From NCBI GenBank assembly GCA_030834445.1, contig JAURFC010000001.1, forward strand, positions 286,963-350,962: 64,000 bases of DNA. The letters are read 5' to 3'. Source of the stretch: Bacillota bacterium (GTDB lineage Bacteria > Bacillota_I > Bacilli_A > RFN20 > CAG-826). Of this stretch, positions 18,622 through 28,202 are shown piece after piece (the stretch's first letter is position 1; every line of letters begins with the position of its first letter). Position numbers and translations under genes: made by a program. Below the pieces are notes generated by a model, which was given only the letters and a program-made list of their open reading frames with translations, was not told where the DNA came from and did no database searches.

Positions 18622-20329
18622 AACTTATGAAACATGAACCGAAAACGATGCCCCCATATAATAACCACCCTTCCAACAGCCATAACGGCAAGCTTTCAAC
18701 AACCATTCCTTGAAAGAGAATAAGAACAAAACCCATGGCACTCAAGGATAAACCCCACACGATCGGATGAAGCTGCCAAATCAATGCTTGAATGAGTGAC
18801 GTCGAAGGAATCCCAAGGGCTCGCCAGTGAAGGATGGGTTTTCGTAATTGCGTAAGTATGCGTTTATGTGTGAAATGCATCCAAGAAAACCACACCATTC
18901 CAAGCATGATTAAGAGCACATCGCGCCATAATAACAGTGTCATTTCCACTTCATGTTGTTGTGAAAGTTGCTCTAAAAAGGGAACGCGAATACGAAGGTG
19001 ATGGTCTTTTAAGACATAATTAAGATGATCAAACGTTGCGTAAGGAACATTAAGGGTTAACGGCCAGGATGAATCAAGGTTATCAATAGAAGAAAGTAAC
19101 GAACGTTTGGGCGATAACCATAAGTGTTGTTGAATCCATTGATGGAACCATTCATACGGTAAAAAAACCATAGGAGATTGCCATGGCGAACGAATTCGAT
19201 AGACATGGCGCATGACAATCTCGGTTTGAATTGTCCACGTGTAAGCAGTTGTATTGTCATACCATGTCACTTCAAACGTCCATAAAAACGGAGATTTGAA
19301 GGGTGGTCCATACACATCTGCAATAACATACGATTCATTGTGACCATGTTGAACCCACGCGATTTGATATTCCGTCTGGTCGCTTATTAAACGATTAGGG
19401 AGTAAACCTCTAAGATCATAATGAATAAAATGTGTGGGTTTTCCTAAAAATAGCAATCGAATCATTTCAAGATTAGGAACGCGTGTTTGCACGAGTGTAT
19501 ACGGGGAATTTTCAAGCGGAACCGTGACAACTTCTTCAATGGAACCCATCCACGTTTGATTTTGAAGTATCGGTATCGTAGCCTGGTGGAGCATCACGCC
19601 ATGTTGAAAAAGCCAATTACCGATAAACCCAAGCTGAAGCATGCTTATTGCCAGCCAATGCCATGCTCTTTTCTTGATTTTGATCGGAGGTACTTTCACT
19701 TTTTTTACACGTTTAGAAAGAGGATGTCTCTTGGTATTGGGTGAATGCGATAATGCATGCCATTCCACCATCCCTTCTTCTTGTAATTCAAGATGCAGTG
19801 ATGCAGCTTCGCGCCAAAGTGATAAATGGCTTGCAATCATTACAGGTTTTGTCTGACTGACTTCCAAAATCCAAGTTTTGACAGCCATTCGAGATGCCTC
19901 ATCAAGACCCGAGCATGGTTCATCGAGTAAAAATCCATCTGCCTCTTGTGATAATAATAACGTCAGAAAAAAACGCGTTTGTTCACCCCCCGATAAATGC
20001 ATGACATGTTGATGCAACGGGATATGGTTTAAAAATAAACGATTCAAAACCGAAGAATGTAAATTAAAAAACGCTAAATAATATCCAACGGTGGCATGGG
20101 GTGTCCAATCGATCGGGTGGTGCAAATGTAACCAACGTTTACCCTTGACGACAATGGTTCCATCCTGAGGGAAATTGCGATGACGAATGAGCGAAAATAA
20201 CGTCGATTTTCCTCGACCGGATGGCCCAGAAACCCAGGTAATACCTTGCCCGGGGATAGTACCGTGAAGATCATGAAAAAGATAACGATGATGCGAAAAA
20301 TAAAACGTAACATGATGAAAACGAATCAC
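18584..20329 (-). CDS. Fused ABC ATPase / FtsX-like permease (MacB-type architecture), divergent paralogous partner
   Basis: Walker A GPSGRGKST, signature LSGGEQTRF, Walker B FLLDEP and H-loop ASH. A K-rich linker and TM helix are followed by an extracytoplasmic domain of about 250 aa and 3 C-terminal TM helices. The protein is 581 aa with a GTG start, and it overlaps the downstream gene by 38 nt. Confidence 0.6.
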   Translation of the reverse strand: MIRFHHVTFYFSHHRYLFHDLHGTIPGQGITWVSGPSGRGKSTLFSLIRHRNFPQDGTIVVKGKRWLHLHHPIDWTPHATVGYYLAFFNLHSSVLNRLFLNHIPLHQHVMHLSGGEQTRFFLTLLLSQEADGFLLDEPCSGLDEASRMAVKTWILEVSQTKPVMIASHLSLWREAASLHLELQEEGMVEWHALSHSPNTKRHPLSKRVKKVKVPPIKIKKRAWHWLAISMLQLGFIGNWLFQHGVMLHQATIPILQNQTWMGSIEEVVTVPLENSPYTLVQTRVPNLEMIRLLFLGKPTHFIHYDLRGLLPNRLISDQTEYQIAWVQHGHNESYVIADVYGPPFKSPFLWTFEVTWYDNTTAYTWTIQTEIVMRHVYRIRSPWQSPMVFLPYEWFHQWIQQHLWLSPKRSLLSSIDNLDSSWPLTLNVPYATFDHLNYVLKDHHLRIRVPFLEQLSQQHEVEMTLLLWRDVLLIMLGMVWFSWMHFTHKRILTQLRKPILHWRALGIPSTSLIQALIWQLHPIVWGLSLSAMGFVLILFQGMVVESLPLWLLEGWLLYGGIVFGSCFISYGYWRPSIFDRL

Positions 20330-20356
20330 ATCACCTAGTAGGTCAGGAAAGAAAAA

Positions 20357-20551
20357 TTATTTCAATCGTCGTTTAATAAGAGGATGTAAATGATCCCGTG
20401 ACATCATTAAGATGGTTTGACAACCAAGACATTTCAATTTGACATCGGCTCCTAAGCGAACCACTTCAAATAACGATGAACGTGTTAAACACGGATGCGG
20501 TTTTTTTAACTCCAAGGTTTCCCCTAATTGAAATTTGAATCGATCATCCAT
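20357..20551 (-). CDS. DUF951-family small protein
   Basis: FKFQLGETLELKKPHPCLTRSS..VVRLGADVKLKCLGCQTILMMSR matches the conserved DUF951 pattern (KKPHPCG...GADIKLKCLGC). An alternative upstream start lies at 20578. Confidence 0.55.
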   Translation of the reverse strand: MDDRFKFQLGETLELKKPHPCLTRSSLFEVVRLGADVKLKCLGCQTILMMSRDHLHPLIKRRLK

Positions 20552-21422
20552 GAAAACACGACTCCTTTGCTTCTGCAATGGTTGAAAACCATGTTACCGG
20601 TAATTGATGATGAAAATACGTCCATTGGCGTTTGGCATAGCGTCGTGTGGCTTGTTGAATGTTGGCAATCCATTCTTCTTTTTTCAATGAACCTTGAAGA
20701 TAGGCAATTGTTTCTTTATAACCAATCGCATCAAATGCAAATGCGTCGGGTGGTGTGGTTTTTAAAAGCTGTGATACTTCATTCACTAAGCCGGCTTCCA
20801 CCATCGTTACCACACGCGCATTGATCGCTTCATAAACCCTTTCCCGATTTGGATTTAACCCGATGAATTGTACAGGATAAAGTAACCGTTTTTGTTGGAT
20901 TGCAATCGTCTCTGATTTGGTTTTTCCTGTTGCTAAATAAATTTCAATAGCTCGAAGCACACGGCGACGATTATGCGGATGGATCGTTTCAGCGGATACC
21001 GCATCAATCGCTTGAAGTGCCGCATAAAGTTGAGCATCATCCATGGCGAGATAACGGGTTAAATCGACTGCTTTTTCATGGGTCTCAAAGGCAAAATCAT
21101 AGAGACTTGCCTTTATATAAAGTCCAGTCCCACCGACAACGATCACCGGATTTTTTTCGGGTTGCAACTGCGTCATTAAGGTACGAAATGCCCGCTGATA
21201 TTGCGCCACCGTGTAGCCATCTTTTGGTTCCACAAGATCAAATAAATAATGCGGAATGCCCTTAAATAAACGTAAGTCTTTATTCGTTCCAATATTCATA
21301 CCACGATAGACTTGAAACGCATCCGCATTGACGATGGGAGCGTGTAACGCGTAGGCAAGTTCAATAGCTAAACTCGTTTTACCACTTGCGGTAGGACCTA
21401 CACATGCATAAATCATCATCAA
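20544..21422 (-). CDS. miaA: tRNA dimethylallyltransferase
   Basis: The P-loop is VGPTASGKTSLAIELA and DAFQVYRGMNIGTNK is present. The protein is 292 aa. Confidence 0.9.
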   Translation of the reverse strand: MMMIYACVGPTASGKTSLAIELAYALHAPIVNADAFQVYRGMNIGTNKDLRLFKGIPHYLFDLVEPKDGYTVAQYQRAFRTLMTQLQPEKNPVIVVGGTGLYIKASLYDFAFETHEKAVDLTRYLAMDDAQLYAALQAIDAVSAETIHPHNRRRVLRAIEIYLATGKTKSETIAIQQKRLLYPVQFIGLNPNRERVYEAINARVVTMVEAGLVNEVSQLLKTTPPDAFAFDAIGYKETIAYLQGSLKKEEWIANIQQATRRYAKRQWTYFHHQLPVTWFSTIAEAKESCFHG

Positions 21423-23107
21423 AAACCCGTGCGATTGAATAAGCGTTCAAGTTGCGCGACTGAATAATGAATCATCGTGGGACGTCCGTGGGGACACGCA
21501 TACGGAAATTGGCATTGAAGCAAGCGTTTTACTAAAACATTGAGACTATCATGATCAAGATGATCATGGGCTTTAATCGACATTTTGCAGGCTTTCGATG
21601 CAATAGCGTATAGACGTAATTTATCTTCGTTTAATGCGGTTTCATGAAAGAGTTGTTGTAATAAATCGTCAACGTAGACTGCGCCCATCGATGCAGCCCA
21701 TGTTGGTAAGGTATTCACCTTTAAACTAAAATCACCAAACCATTCGAGTTCAACCCCAACGTGTTTAAGTTGGTTAAGCAATGATGCTGTTAATTTTGTT
21801 TTATCACTGGGTGAAATATCGACCACAAGCGGAATTAACGGTTCCATCGCATAGGTATGTTCTTGGATACGCGCTAATTGTTCTTCATAATGAATGCGTT
21901 CATGGGCAGCATGCTGATCAATCACGTAATATCCTTCATGGTCGTCTTTGCATAAAACATAGGTAGCATCTAAAACACCCATGACCGTTAAAGCAGGTTC
22001 GGTGGATTCCGATTCTGCAAACGTCAATAAAATCGGTTGAATATCTTCTTCAGAGGAAGATATGGGTGTCGGTGAGGATGGTAGACTTGCTCTCAGCGTT
22101 TCATGCAAAGGTGTGGCAACCACGTCATGACGTTTTAACGTTTTCTCAACAAGATTTAAAAGAACCTTACGAAGATGATCTTCTTTTGAAAAACGAATAT
22201 CGCGCTTAGCAGGGTGGACGTTCACATCCAATAAATTCGGTTCAATCGTAAGTTGTAAAACAACCATTGGAAAACGAACGGGTGGTAAAAAGGGTCGATA
22301 CGCTTCAATGAGCGCTTGTTGAATTTTGGGCATAAAGACACTACGACCATTGACAGAAACATACATCCCATACCGATGGGATTTGGCAATATCAGGTTTT
22401 CCAAAAAATCCAGTTAATTTCACATCCGGATCTTCATACGAAATTGGGAGCATATGTGTTGCCGTCGTCGACCCTAAACATGCGGTTATCGTGTTAATCA
22501 GTGACCCTCTTCCATCGGTGACAAAAACCCGTTTTCCATCCCCATGAAGAACAAAGGCAATGGAAGGATGGGCAAAGGCAGCCCGCATCACCACATCGAC
22601 AATGGCACTTGTTTCAATCGCATCATTTTTTAAATATTTTAATCGGGCGGGCGTGTTATAAAACAAATCTTTGACTGTCACGGTCGTTCCTATGGACCGT
22701 GCCGCAGCAGAAATTATGGGTTTTTCGTCCACTAACGTTAATTGATGGCCTCCCTTTTCCCCCGTGGAGGTCGTAATCGATAATTGAGAAACCGAGGCAA
22801 TCGAAGGCAAAGCTTCTCCACGAAATCCTAAGGTTTGAATGCGAAATAAACTTTCTTCTGTGAGGAGTTTGCTCGTCGCATGGCGGGCAATCGATAAACG
22901 TAAATCACCTTGATCCATGCCTGTACCATTATCTGCCACTTCAATCAGCGTACGACCAGCATCTTGAATGGTGATTTCAATACGTGTTGCTTTTGCATCA
23001 ATGGCGTTCTCAAGAAGTTCTTTAACCACACTACTTGGCCGTTCAATCACTTCGCCAGCAGCAATCATATTGGCTAGTTGAGACGATAACCTTTGAATCT
23101 TGCCCAT
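21419..23107 (-). CDS. mutL: DNA mismatch repair protein MutL
   Basis: The GHKL ATPase N-terminus reads IAAGEVIERPSSVVKELLENAIDA...ADNGTGM, and the C-terminal dimerisation/endonuclease region carries ACKMSIKA and CPHGRP motifs. The protein is 562 aa. Confidence 0.9.
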   Translation of the reverse strand: MGKIQRLSSQLANMIAAGEVIERPSSVVKELLENAIDAKATRIEITIQDAGRTLIEVADNGTGMDQGDLRLSIARHATSKLLTEESLFRIQTLGFRGEALPSIASVSQLSITTSTGEKGGHQLTLVDEKPIISAAARSIGTTVTVKDLFYNTPARLKYLKNDAIETSAIVDVVMRAAFAHPSIAFVLHGDGKRVFVTDGRGSLINTITACLGSTTATHMLPISYEDPDVKLTGFFGKPDIAKSHRYGMYVSVNGRSVFMPKIQQALIEAYRPFLPPVRFPMVVLQLTIEPNLLDVNVHPAKRDIRFSKEDHLRKVLLNLVEKTLKRHDVVATPLHETLRASLPSSPTPISSSEEDIQPILLTFAESESTEPALTVMGVLDATYVLCKDDHEGYYVIDQHAAHERIHYEEQLARIQEHTYAMEPLIPLVVDISPSDKTKLTASLLNQLKHVGVELEWFGDFSLKVNTLPTWAASMGAVYVDDLLQQLFHETALNEDKLRLYAIASKACKMSIKAHDHLDHDSLNVLVKRLLQCQFPYACPHGRPTMIHYSVAQLERLFNRTGF

Positions 23108-23108
23108 C

Positions 23109-25610
23109 TTATTTGACCTTCTTCTTTAATTCAATGAGATATTGCAAAGCGGCTAAAGGTGAAAGGGTTAACGGATCAAGGTCTCGAAGTTCTTGTTCAA
23201 GCGGCGAAGGTTGTTTAACCAAATAGGGTTCGCTTGCCCGTTGTCTTGTAGGAGTATTTTCTAAGTGCTCTAAGAGTTTGTGGGCTCTTTCAGTAATCGA
23301 TTGAGGTAAGCCTGCTAAGGTGGCAACATGAACCCCATAGGAACGCTCCATCGCCCCAGGTTTCATTTGATATAAAAACGTAATTTCATGGTCCTTTTCA
23401 ACGACGGAGGCATGAAGATTGGTCAACTGAGGTCGGTCTTTTTCTAACGAAGTGAGTTCATGATAATGGGTGGAGAAGAGTGTTTTACATTGAATGTGTG
23501 TGTCGACGTATTCAATTATCGCCTGGGCAAGCGCCATCCCATCATAGGTAGAGGTGCCTCGCCCAATTTCATCGAAAATGAGTAAGGAATGCCGCGTCGC
23601 TTCTTGCAAAGCATACTGGGTTTGCGCCATTTCCATCATAAAGGTGGATTGCCCTCCCACGAGATCATCACTTGCGCCCATGCGAGTAAACACATGATCA
23701 AATAACGGGAGTTTTGCGCATTGACAAGGTACAAAACACCCTATCTGCGCCATGATTACCGTTAATGCGATTTGCCGCATAAAAGTCGATTTCCCACCCA
23801 TATTAGGACCTGTGATGAGCACGGTATGATGATCGGGATCAAGGACTAAATCATTGGCAACAAACGTTCGTTTTTTCATGACTTTTTCAATCACCGGATG
23901 GCGTGATTGTTTTAATTCAAGATGGGAAGATTTTTGTAAGGAAGGTCGGGTCCATTGATAAAGCATACTCGTGTAACTAAAACTCACAAGCACATCCAGG
24001 GTCGCTAAGGTTTCTGAAAGCGTATGCCAGGAAGGAATGGATGGAAGTAACTGCTGAATAATGCCATAAAAGAGTTGTTCTTCACGTTTCATCCGTTGAT
24101 CTTGAGCATGAAGTAATTTAAGTTCAAGAGCTTTAAGCTCGGGTGTCATGAACCGTTCCCCGTTCGTCAAAGTTTGTTTTCGTTCATAACCAAATTCAGG
24201 TAATACTTGGCTAAGTTGACCATTACTAATTTCGATATAATAACCAAACACTTTGTTATAACTAATTTTTAAATTTTTAATGCCCGTACGTGCTCGTTCT
24301 ACAACTTCCATGTCGAGCAATTGTTGACGTCCCCCTTGAGCGAGTTCAATCCATTCATCCAAGGTTGCATCATACCCTTTTTGGAACATAAGTCCTTCTT
24401 TAATCGTGACAGGAACTTCTTCTAAAAAAGCGCGATTAAGCAAATCAACCACCGCTGTTAATTCAGGGATTGCCTCTTGAAAGGAAGCAACAAGCGGTCC
24501 TTTGAGTTGTTGTAAATAGTCGCGAATGGTGGGGATCATGAGGAATGATTTTTTTAAGCTTAATAAATCCCGAGCATTCGCATTTTGATATTGAATTCGC
24601 GTTAAAATACGGGGAATATCATAAAGACCATGAAGCGTTTGTCGTAAGCCTTCAAGAATGAGGCGTTGATCTAATAATTGTTCAACGAGGTCATAGCGTG
24701 CCTCTATGGTCGCTCGGTCATAGGATGGTTGAATTAACCATTGTTTGAGTAGACGGGACCCCATGACGGTTTGTGTTTCATCCAATAACCAAAAAAGCGA
24801 ACCGTACTTATCTTGATGTTTTAAGGATTGGGTGAGTTCAAGATGCTGAATCGTATCCGCATCCAAGGTCATCCGCGGTTGATTTGCTAATAATAACGGG
24901 GGTTTTAAAAAGGATAAATCCCGTTTTTGTGTCCGCTTTAAATACGCGGATAAACGCATAAATGCCATCACAAAATCTGCATCAAATGGCAAAGTTGAAG
25001 GCGATACTTCACGGACTTGAACACTTAGTAAAATGGAGGTGTGTTCCGTTAATGTCATCATCGTTTCATGAAGGGATGCATCGATAATGAGTTCTTTGGC
25101 ATTGATTTTTCGAAGCATCGCGAGCAATGCTTGAGCATCGAGCGGACAATGATCTAGGAAAACATCCCCTGTGACAATATCCGCATACGCAAACGTATAG
25201 CGGTAGTCTGCCTTTTCCATCGCAACAATAAAAAGATGTTCCCCTTCATCGCGGTCAATATACGCACCCGGCGTATAAATTTGTGTCACATCGCGTTGAA
25301 CCAAACCTTTGGCAAGGGCAGGATCTTCGAGTTGTTCCACAATACCGACACGATACCCTTTTTGAATGAGGCGGGTTATATAATTTTTCGATGAATGATG
25401 CGGGACGCCACACATGGGGACGCGCGATTCACTCCCAGCATTTTTTCCAGTAAGAACTAAACCGAGTTCTCGTGATGCGGTTTCAGCATCCTGAAAGAAA
25501 AGTTCATAAAAATCACCCAAACGAAAAAAGATTAACGTGTCAGGATACCGTTCTTTGATGCTTAAATATTGCATCATCATCGGGGTATAAGGGGCGTTAT
25601 TCTTTTTCAT
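23109..25610 (-). CDS. mutS: DNA mismatch repair protein MutS
   Basis: The N-terminal mismatch-binding region reads TPMMMQYLSIKERYPDTLIFFRLGDFYELF. The Walker A is ITGPNMGGKST and STFMMEM is present. The protein is 833 aa. Confidence 0.95.
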   Translation of the reverse strand: MKKNNAPYTPMMMQYLSIKERYPDTLIFFRLGDFYELFFQDAETASRELGLVLTGKNAGSESRVPMCGVPHHSSKNYITRLIQKGYRVGIVEQLEDPALAKGLVQRDVTQIYTPGAYIDRDEGEHLFIVAMEKADYRYTFAYADIVTGDVFLDHCPLDAQALLAMLRKINAKELIIDASLHETMMTLTEHTSILLSVQVREVSPSTLPFDADFVMAFMRLSAYLKRTQKRDLSFLKPPLLLANQPRMTLDADTIQHLELTQSLKHQDKYGSLFWLLDETQTVMGSRLLKQWLIQPSYDRATIEARYDLVEQLLDQRLILEGLRQTLHGLYDIPRILTRIQYQNANARDLLSLKKSFLMIPTIRDYLQQLKGPLVASFQEAIPELTAVVDLLNRAFLEEVPVTIKEGLMFQKGYDATLDEWIELAQGGRQQLLDMEVVERARTGIKNLKISYNKVFGYYIEISNGQLSQVLPEFGYERKQTLTNGERFMTPELKALELKLLHAQDQRMKREEQLFYGIIQQLLPSIPSWHTLSETLATLDVLVSFSYTSMLYQWTRPSLQKSSHLELKQSRHPVIEKVMKKRTFVANDLVLDPDHHTVLITGPNMGGKSTFMRQIALTVIMAQIGCFVPCQCAKLPLFDHVFTRMGASDDLVGGQSTFMMEMAQTQYALQEATRHSLLIFDEIGRGTSTYDGMALAQAIIEYVDTHIQCKTLFSTHYHELTSLEKDRPQLTNLHASVVEKDHEITFLYQMKPGAMERSYGVHVATLAGLPQSITERAHKLLEHLENTPTRQRASEPYLVKQPSPLEQELRDLDPLTLSPLAALQYLIELKKKVK

Positions 25611-25651
25611 AGTTGCCCTTATTTTATCATAATCAACACGAAGAAACGGGC

Positions 25652-25963
25652 CTATTCAATTATGGCCTGTAATTGGTCTAGTAAGGGTTTTATCTCCGCT
25701 TTTATCGCTTCGTAATTTTGTACAAGCGGATGTGCTTCAAATAAGCCAAGGTGATGTTCATACGCCGCTTTATGGTGTTGATAAAGCGCTGCTTCATGAA
25801 TGGTTTTCATCATCTTTTTTTGATGATCTTTGGCCAATTCTTGTTGTTCCATAAGATAGGGATCTGCGGCGATTTGTTTGCGTAAGGAAAAAAAGCGTTG
25901 GACTTCAGGAAGATTTAAAAGGGCATCTTTAAGTGCCTGGGTTTTACGCTCGAGCTCCGTCAT
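25652..25963 (-). CDS. ymcA: YlbF/YmcA-family protein (RicA-like)
   Basis: The C-terminal pattern HPLVQNYEAIKAEIKPLLDQLQAIIE fits the family, and the gene sits between miaB and mutS as in B. subtilis. The start is taken at MTELERK and the N-terminal extent is uncertain. Confidence 0.55.
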   Translation of the reverse strand: MTELERKTQALKDALLNLPEVQRFFSLRKQIAADPYLMEQQELAKDHQKKMMKTIHEAALYQHHKAAYEHHLGLFEAHPLVQNYEAIKAEIKPLLDQLQAIIE

Positions 25964-27401
25964 CAACACGTTCTCCAAATAAGGTATACACATTGGATTC
26001 TTGAATACGAACATACACAATTTTTCCGGTTAAGGATGCGTCCCCTTTAAAGTGAACGAGTTTGGCATTTTCAGTGTATGCTGACAACATATCGTCTTTG
26101 CGTTTACTAATCCCATCTACGAGGACCGGATAGATGCCGCCGACCATGACTTCTGCACGTTCTTTTGCAATCGCATCGACGACTTCTTTTAAGCGATAAA
26201 AACGACCTTGCTTTTCTTCGAGCGTCACATTATCAATCATTTTAAAGGCAGGTGTCCCTTTTCGAGGTGAATAAATAAACGTATAACATGCATCAAACGC
26301 AATTTCTTTGACGAGGGCAAGCGTTCCTTGAAATTGTTCTTCGGTTTCGTTGGGGAAACCGACAATGATATCCGTTGTTAAGGTTAAATTAGGAATTCGT
26401 TCACGCATGCGACGGACAAGATCCGTATATGAGGCAACGGTATAACGACGCGCCATGAGACGTAACACCATATCATCCCCTGCTTGGAACGGAAGGTGAA
26501 TATGTTTCATGATGTTGTCGTATTTGGCAATCGTATCAATCATGGCGTCGGTAAAATCCCAAGGATGCGATGTCATAAAACGCAAGCGAGGAATGCCGGT
26601 TTCTGCAACGGCTTGTAATAATTGGGCAAAGTCGGTTCCATCTTTAAAATCTTTCCCGTATGAGTTGACATTTTGACCGACTAAGGTAATTTCTTGATAC
26701 CCTTCGTCAACAAGTTGTTTACATTCTTGAATGATATCGGGAAGATGACGGGACCGTTCTTTCCCTCGTGTATAAGGAACGATACAGTAGGTGCAAAATT
26801 TATCACAACCATACATGATATTTACAAACGCTTTATAACGGTGGGTACGTTTAGTCGGCATATTTTCAATGATTTCTCCATACTTGGAGGGAACATTGAC
26901 AATGCGAACACGTTTTTCATACACTTCATCGAGTAATTCTAAAATATGGTGAATATTGTGAGTACCAAACATTAAATCGACGTGGCGATACACTTGGGTG
27001 ATTTTATCCACGATATGAGTTTGTTGAACCATACACCCAGCCACGGCAATAATCATGTCGGGTTTTTGTGTTTTCAAAGTTTTCAGTAGCCCTAATTCGC
27101 CAAAGACTTTATCCTCGGCATTTTCGCGAATCGCGCATGTATTAATAATGACGAGATCGGCAAGCGCTTCTTCTTGAACCGAGGTAAAGCCTGCGAGTTC
27201 AAGATAACCGCGCATATGTTCCTCATCACGTACGTTAGCTTGGCAGCCATAAGTACGAATAAAGTAACGACGTCCAAACGCATATTCGCGTAGTCGTTCT
27301 GGAACAACAATTTCATCGCGTACGACAGGGATTTCTTGACGGACACGGGAACGTGCTTTATCTAAATCGGGTTTATCAATAATATCAATAACTTTAGCCA
27401 T
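25944..27401 (-). CDS. miaB: tRNA-2-methylthio-N6-dimethylallyladenosine synthase (radical SAM methylthiotransferase)
   Basis: The MTTase N-domain reads YFIRTYGCQAN, the radical SAM motif is CDKFCTYCIVPYTRG, and there is a C-terminal TRAM domain. The protein is 485 aa. Confidence 0.85.
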   Translation of the reverse strand: MAKVIDIIDKPDLDKARSRVRQEIPVVRDEIVVPERLREYAFGRRYFIRTYGCQANVRDEEHMRGYLELAGFTSVQEEALADLVIINTCAIRENAEDKVFGELGLLKTLKTQKPDMIIAVAGCMVQQTHIVDKITQVYRHVDLMFGTHNIHHILELLDEVYEKRVRIVNVPSKYGEIIENMPTKRTHRYKAFVNIMYGCDKFCTYCIVPYTRGKERSRHLPDIIQECKQLVDEGYQEITLVGQNVNSYGKDFKDGTDFAQLLQAVAETGIPRLRFMTSHPWDFTDAMIDTIAKYDNIMKHIHLPFQAGDDMVLRLMARRYTVASYTDLVRRMRERIPNLTLTTDIIVGFPNETEEQFQGTLALVKEIAFDACYTFIYSPRKGTPAFKMIDNVTLEEKQGRFYRLKEVVDAIAKERAEVMVGGIYPVLVDGISKRKDDMLSAYTENAKLVHFKGDASLTGKIVYVRIQESNVYTLFGERVDDGARA

Positions 27402-27404
27402 AAT

Positions 27405-28193
27405 TTACCTCCATTTTACCACACGGGATACGCGCTGAATGCGCTCGACTTGATGCTGGTCATTCACGGTAAGAATAACCCCGTTGAGAATAGCCTCTTC
27501 ACCTAAATCAATCGCATGGGCAACTTTTTCTTGTTTCCACAATCGTTGAATAATAATTTCTTTTTTGACCCCTAAGACACTTTGATAGGGCCCGCACATC
27601 CCAACATCGGTAATATACGCTGTCCCTAACGGTAGGATTCTTTCATCCGCGGTCTGAATATGGGTGTGTGTGCCAACGATAGCCGTAAGCTTCCCATCAA
27701 ACGCATAGGCAAACGCCATTTTTTCTCCAGTGGCTTCAGCATGAAAATCTACAAAATGAAGATCGGTTGGCGTAAACGTTTGCAGAATTGCTTGTAACCG
27801 ATCAAACGGATTAAAAACGGTTTCATGCATGAAGGCTTGTCCGAGTAGGTTGGTCACGCGAAGCGACTTTCCTTTGACCTGATAGACACTTGTACCAACA
27901 CCAGGAAAAGGCGTCATTAAGTTTTCTGGTCGAATGAGTGCAAGGGTATCGGGTAAATACTGTTTAATTTCAGGTTGAGCGGCATAATGATTCCCTAACG
28001 TCATCACATCAATGCCCGCATCAAGTAATTGATGAAAATGGGATTTGCTAAGACCTTTACCATGCGTTGCATTTTCTGCATTCGCAATGACAATATCGGC
28101 TTGAACTTCTTTTTTAAGTGCGGGTAAAACCTGACGAACGAGTTCGCGTCCAGGTCGACCAACAATATCGCCTAAAAAAAGAATAGTCACCAT
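27405..28193 (-). CDS. ymdB: YmdB-family metallophosphoesterase (2',3'-cNMP phosphodiesterase)
   Basis: ILFLGDIVGRPGR...ANAENATHGKGL...DFHAEATSEK...GTHTHIQTAD aligns closely with B. subtilis YmdB. The protein is 262 aa. Confidence 0.85.
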   Translation of the reverse strand: MVTILFLGDIVGRPGRELVRQVLPALKKEVQADIVIANAENATHGKGLSKSHFHQLLDAGIDVMTLGNHYAAQPEIKQYLPDTLALIRPENLMTPFPGVGTSVYQVKGKSLRVTNLLGQAFMHETVFNPFDRLQAILQTFTPTDLHFVDFHAEATGEKMAFAYAFDGKLTAIVGTHTHIQTADERILPLGTAYITDVGMCGPYQSVLGVKKEIIIQRLWKQEKVAHAIDLGEEAILNGVILTVNDQHQVERIQRVSRVVKWR

Positions 28194-28202
28194 GAAAGCA
28201 TC

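Noticed and set aside
16027-20329. Horizontal-transfer island hypothesis for the MacB-like pair
   Set aside because: Local GC and codon style look like the rest of the window. There are no flanking tRNA, integrase or repeat elements, and the genes sit in an overlapping string with miaA and mutL.
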